Shown here: positions 62,635 through 64,000 of the stretch, in pieces | Position numbering within the stretch: position 1 is the first letter of the stretch | How the letters are laid out: every line of letters begins with the position of its first letter | Source: an uncultured Bacteroides sp. | GTDB lineage: Bacteria > Bacteroidota > Bacteroidia > Bacteroidales > Bacteroidaceae | Direction of reading: 5' to 3' | Length of the DNA: 64,000 bases | NCBI GenBank assembly: GCA_949292025.1 | Contig: CASEYC010000097.1 | Coordinates: 24,342-88,341, forward strand | Position numbers and translations under genes: made by a program | Notes under the pieces: generated by a model | Told to the model about the DNA's origin: nothing | The model's input: only the letters and a program-made list of their open reading frames with translations | The model's database searches: none

Positions 62635-63181
62635 AGGGGTTTCCGCCTCCGCCTTCGTCGAAGCCGCCGAAGCCGTCCTTGTCAAAGTCCTCCATGTCGA
62701 AGTCTTGGTCGCCGTAGAAGTTCTCGTCCAGGTCGAGGGCGGCGGCGTTGGTCTTGGCTTCGAACTCGTTGAAGTCCATCAGTTGCTTGGGCGCATCGCC
62801 CTGCTTCTTGGTGCATTTGGCGCCCTTGATATGCTTGCCCGTGATGATTTCGGACAGCTCGATGAAGAAGCAACGCTCCGTCATGATGTCGAAGACGTAG
62901 ACCAGCTTCTGCTTCTCGTCCTCCACCAGTTCGTTGATGTGCGTGTCGCGCATTACCCAACTGTCCACTTCGGGGTTGTCGTCCATCTCTTCGAGGGTGA
63001 TTTCCTTCTCCTTCTCCCAGTCTTCGTCGCAGATGAAGAAGGAGGTCATCTGGTCGTCCGTATAACCCACGGACTGGATGATGGCTTCGTGGAAGTCGTA
63101 AAATGTGGCGTCCGGGTCAATCTGAATTTCCCGCAGGAAGTTTTCCGCTTCGTCGGATATGAGGGTGAATCTGTAAATCAT
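62615..63181 (-). CDS. Conserved acidic hypothetical protein
   Basis: [34 protein letters not shown]... with a highly acidic C-terminus. Possible pRiA4b-ORF3-like fold (weak recollection). Confidence 0.5.
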   Translation of the reverse strand: MIYRFTLISDEAENFLREIQIDPDATFYDFHEAIIQSVGYTDDQMTSFFICDEDWEKEKEITLEEMDDNPEVDSWVMRDTHINELVEDEKQKLVYVFDIMTERCFFIELSEIITGKHIKGAKCTKKQGDAPKQLMDFNEFEAKTNAAALDLDENFYGDQDFDMEDFDKDGFGGFDEGGGGNPYDEDRY

Positions 63182-63191
63182 AGTGGTTTCT

Positions 63192-63245
63192 CCTTAATTT
63201 CTTAACTTCTTTAACTTCTCTAACTCCTTTAACTCCTTAACCTCA
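63192..63245. repeat. Six tandem 8-9-bp units (TTAACTYC on plus; GRAGTTAAR on the coding minus strand)
   Basis: ttaa/ctaa at 63194, 63202, 63211, 63220, 63229 and 63237. Fills the gap between the lpxA stop and the next start codon. Confidence 0.85.
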
Positions 63246-64000
63246 TTTCCCGCCAGGGATGATGCCGCGTGCCGATTCGCGGATGAAGGTCACGATGTAG
63301 TTGATTTCCGGCGTCATTTCCATCTCGTCCTCAATCTTCTTCAGGGCGTCGGTGGTGTTCAGCCCGCTCTGGTAGATGAGACGGTAGGCGTTGTGGATTT
63401 GCTCGATGGTCTCGTTGGAGAAGCCCCGCCGGCGCAGGCCCACGATGTTGATGCCCGCGTAGCAGATGGGGTCGCGCCCGGCGATGATGTAGGGGGGCAC
63501 GTCCTTGCTGAAGCGGCATCCGCCCTGTATCATGCCATATCCGCCCACGCGGCAGAACTGGTGCATCAGCACGCTGGCACTGATGATGGAGTAGTCATCA
63601 ATGACAATCTCGCCCGCCATCTTCGTGGAGTTGCCGATGATGCAGCCGTTGCCAATCTTTGCGTCGTGCGCCACGTGCACGCCTTCCATCAGCAGGTTGT
63701 TGCTGCCCACCACCGTCTTGCCCTTGGCGGCCGTGCCCCGGTTGATGGTCACGTTCTCGCGGATGAGGTTGTTGTCGCCCACCTCGGCCGTGGTCTCCTC
63801 GCCCTTGAATTTCAAGTCCTGGGGCACGGCGCCGATGACGGCACCCGGGAAGATGGTATTGCCGTTGCCGATGCGTGCGCCATACAGGATGCTGGCGTTG
63901 GGCATAATCTTGTTGTTGTCGCCGATGACCACATTCTTGTCAATGTAGACAAAGGGGGCGATTTCCACGTTTTCTCCGATTTGGGCTTCGGGATGGATAT
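63243..64000 (-). CDS. lpxA: Acyl-ACP--UDP-N-acetylglucosamine O-acyltransferase, N-terminus outside window
   Basis: Hexapeptide repeats. Frame stays open to the window end (…IHPEAQIGENVEIAPFVYIDKNVVIGDNNKI…). The apparent M at 63968 is an internal GTG. Confidence 0.85.
   Translation of the reverse strand, partial: IHPEAQIGENVEIAPFVYIDKNVVIGDNNKIMPNASILYGARIGNGNTIFPGAVIGAVPQDLKFKGEETTAEVGDNNLIRENVTINRGTAAKGKTVVGSNNLLMEGVHVAHDAKIGNGCIIGNSTKMAGEIVIDDYSIISASVLMHQFCRVGGYGMIQGGCRFSKDVPPYIIAGRDPICYAGINIVGLRRRGFSNETIEQIHNAYRLIYQSGLNTTDALKKIEDEMEMTPEINYIVTFIRESARGIIPGGK

Overview
High-GC Bacteroidota (Bacteroidales-like) chromosomal segment. The assignment rests on lipoprotein signal peptides, TAnnTTTG -7 promoter boxes, HTCS/PUL-type glycosidases and a TonB-dependent receptor; the exact taxon cannot be determined by eye. 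1-11.2 kb holds the tail of a hybrid two-component regulator plus four exo-glycosidases (GH31 with PA14 insert, GH2, GH3, GH95) that together match fucogalacto-xyloglucan side-chain removal. 11.3-24.7 kb is the most unusual part, a compositionally mosaic accessory locus. It encodes two small Cys-rich precursor peptides with an NVEALA-type leader, three paralogous beta-propeller lipoproteins (plus two orphan 3' gene tails) and two thioredoxin-fold CxxC proteins, one fused to DUF1573. It also encodes a dedicated signal peptidase I, a transglutaminase-like protein, a Wzy/O-antigen-ligase-like TPR protein and a membrane-tethered TPR-HTH regulator. Peptide gene 2 is bracketed by a perfect 17-bp inverted repeat. 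24.9-33.8 kb is an RND efflux operon with two permeases. Next come an Ntn (bile-salt-hydrolase family) hydrolase, TsaC, a RelE-type TA pair, a PIF1/RecD-like helicase, a HAD hydrolase, a second TPR-HTH regulator, an outer-membrane receptor, an SPFH protein and an alpha/beta hydrolase. The right end holds an imelysin/di-haem/c-type-cytochrome/porin cluster followed by CcsBA, a pseudo-receiver LuxR plus hemerythrin-like pair, BlaI/BlaR1-TonB, miaA and a partial lpxA. Intergenic DNA is strikingly rich in short phased repeats: six arrays of about 4 units with a 22-23 bp period (three sequence families), 30-bp inverted-repeat elements just after stop codons, and 7- and 9-bp tandem tracts abutting start codons. 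No rRNA, tRNA, CRISPR array, transposase or integrase was recognised. All product calls come from motif recognition by eye; no searches were run.
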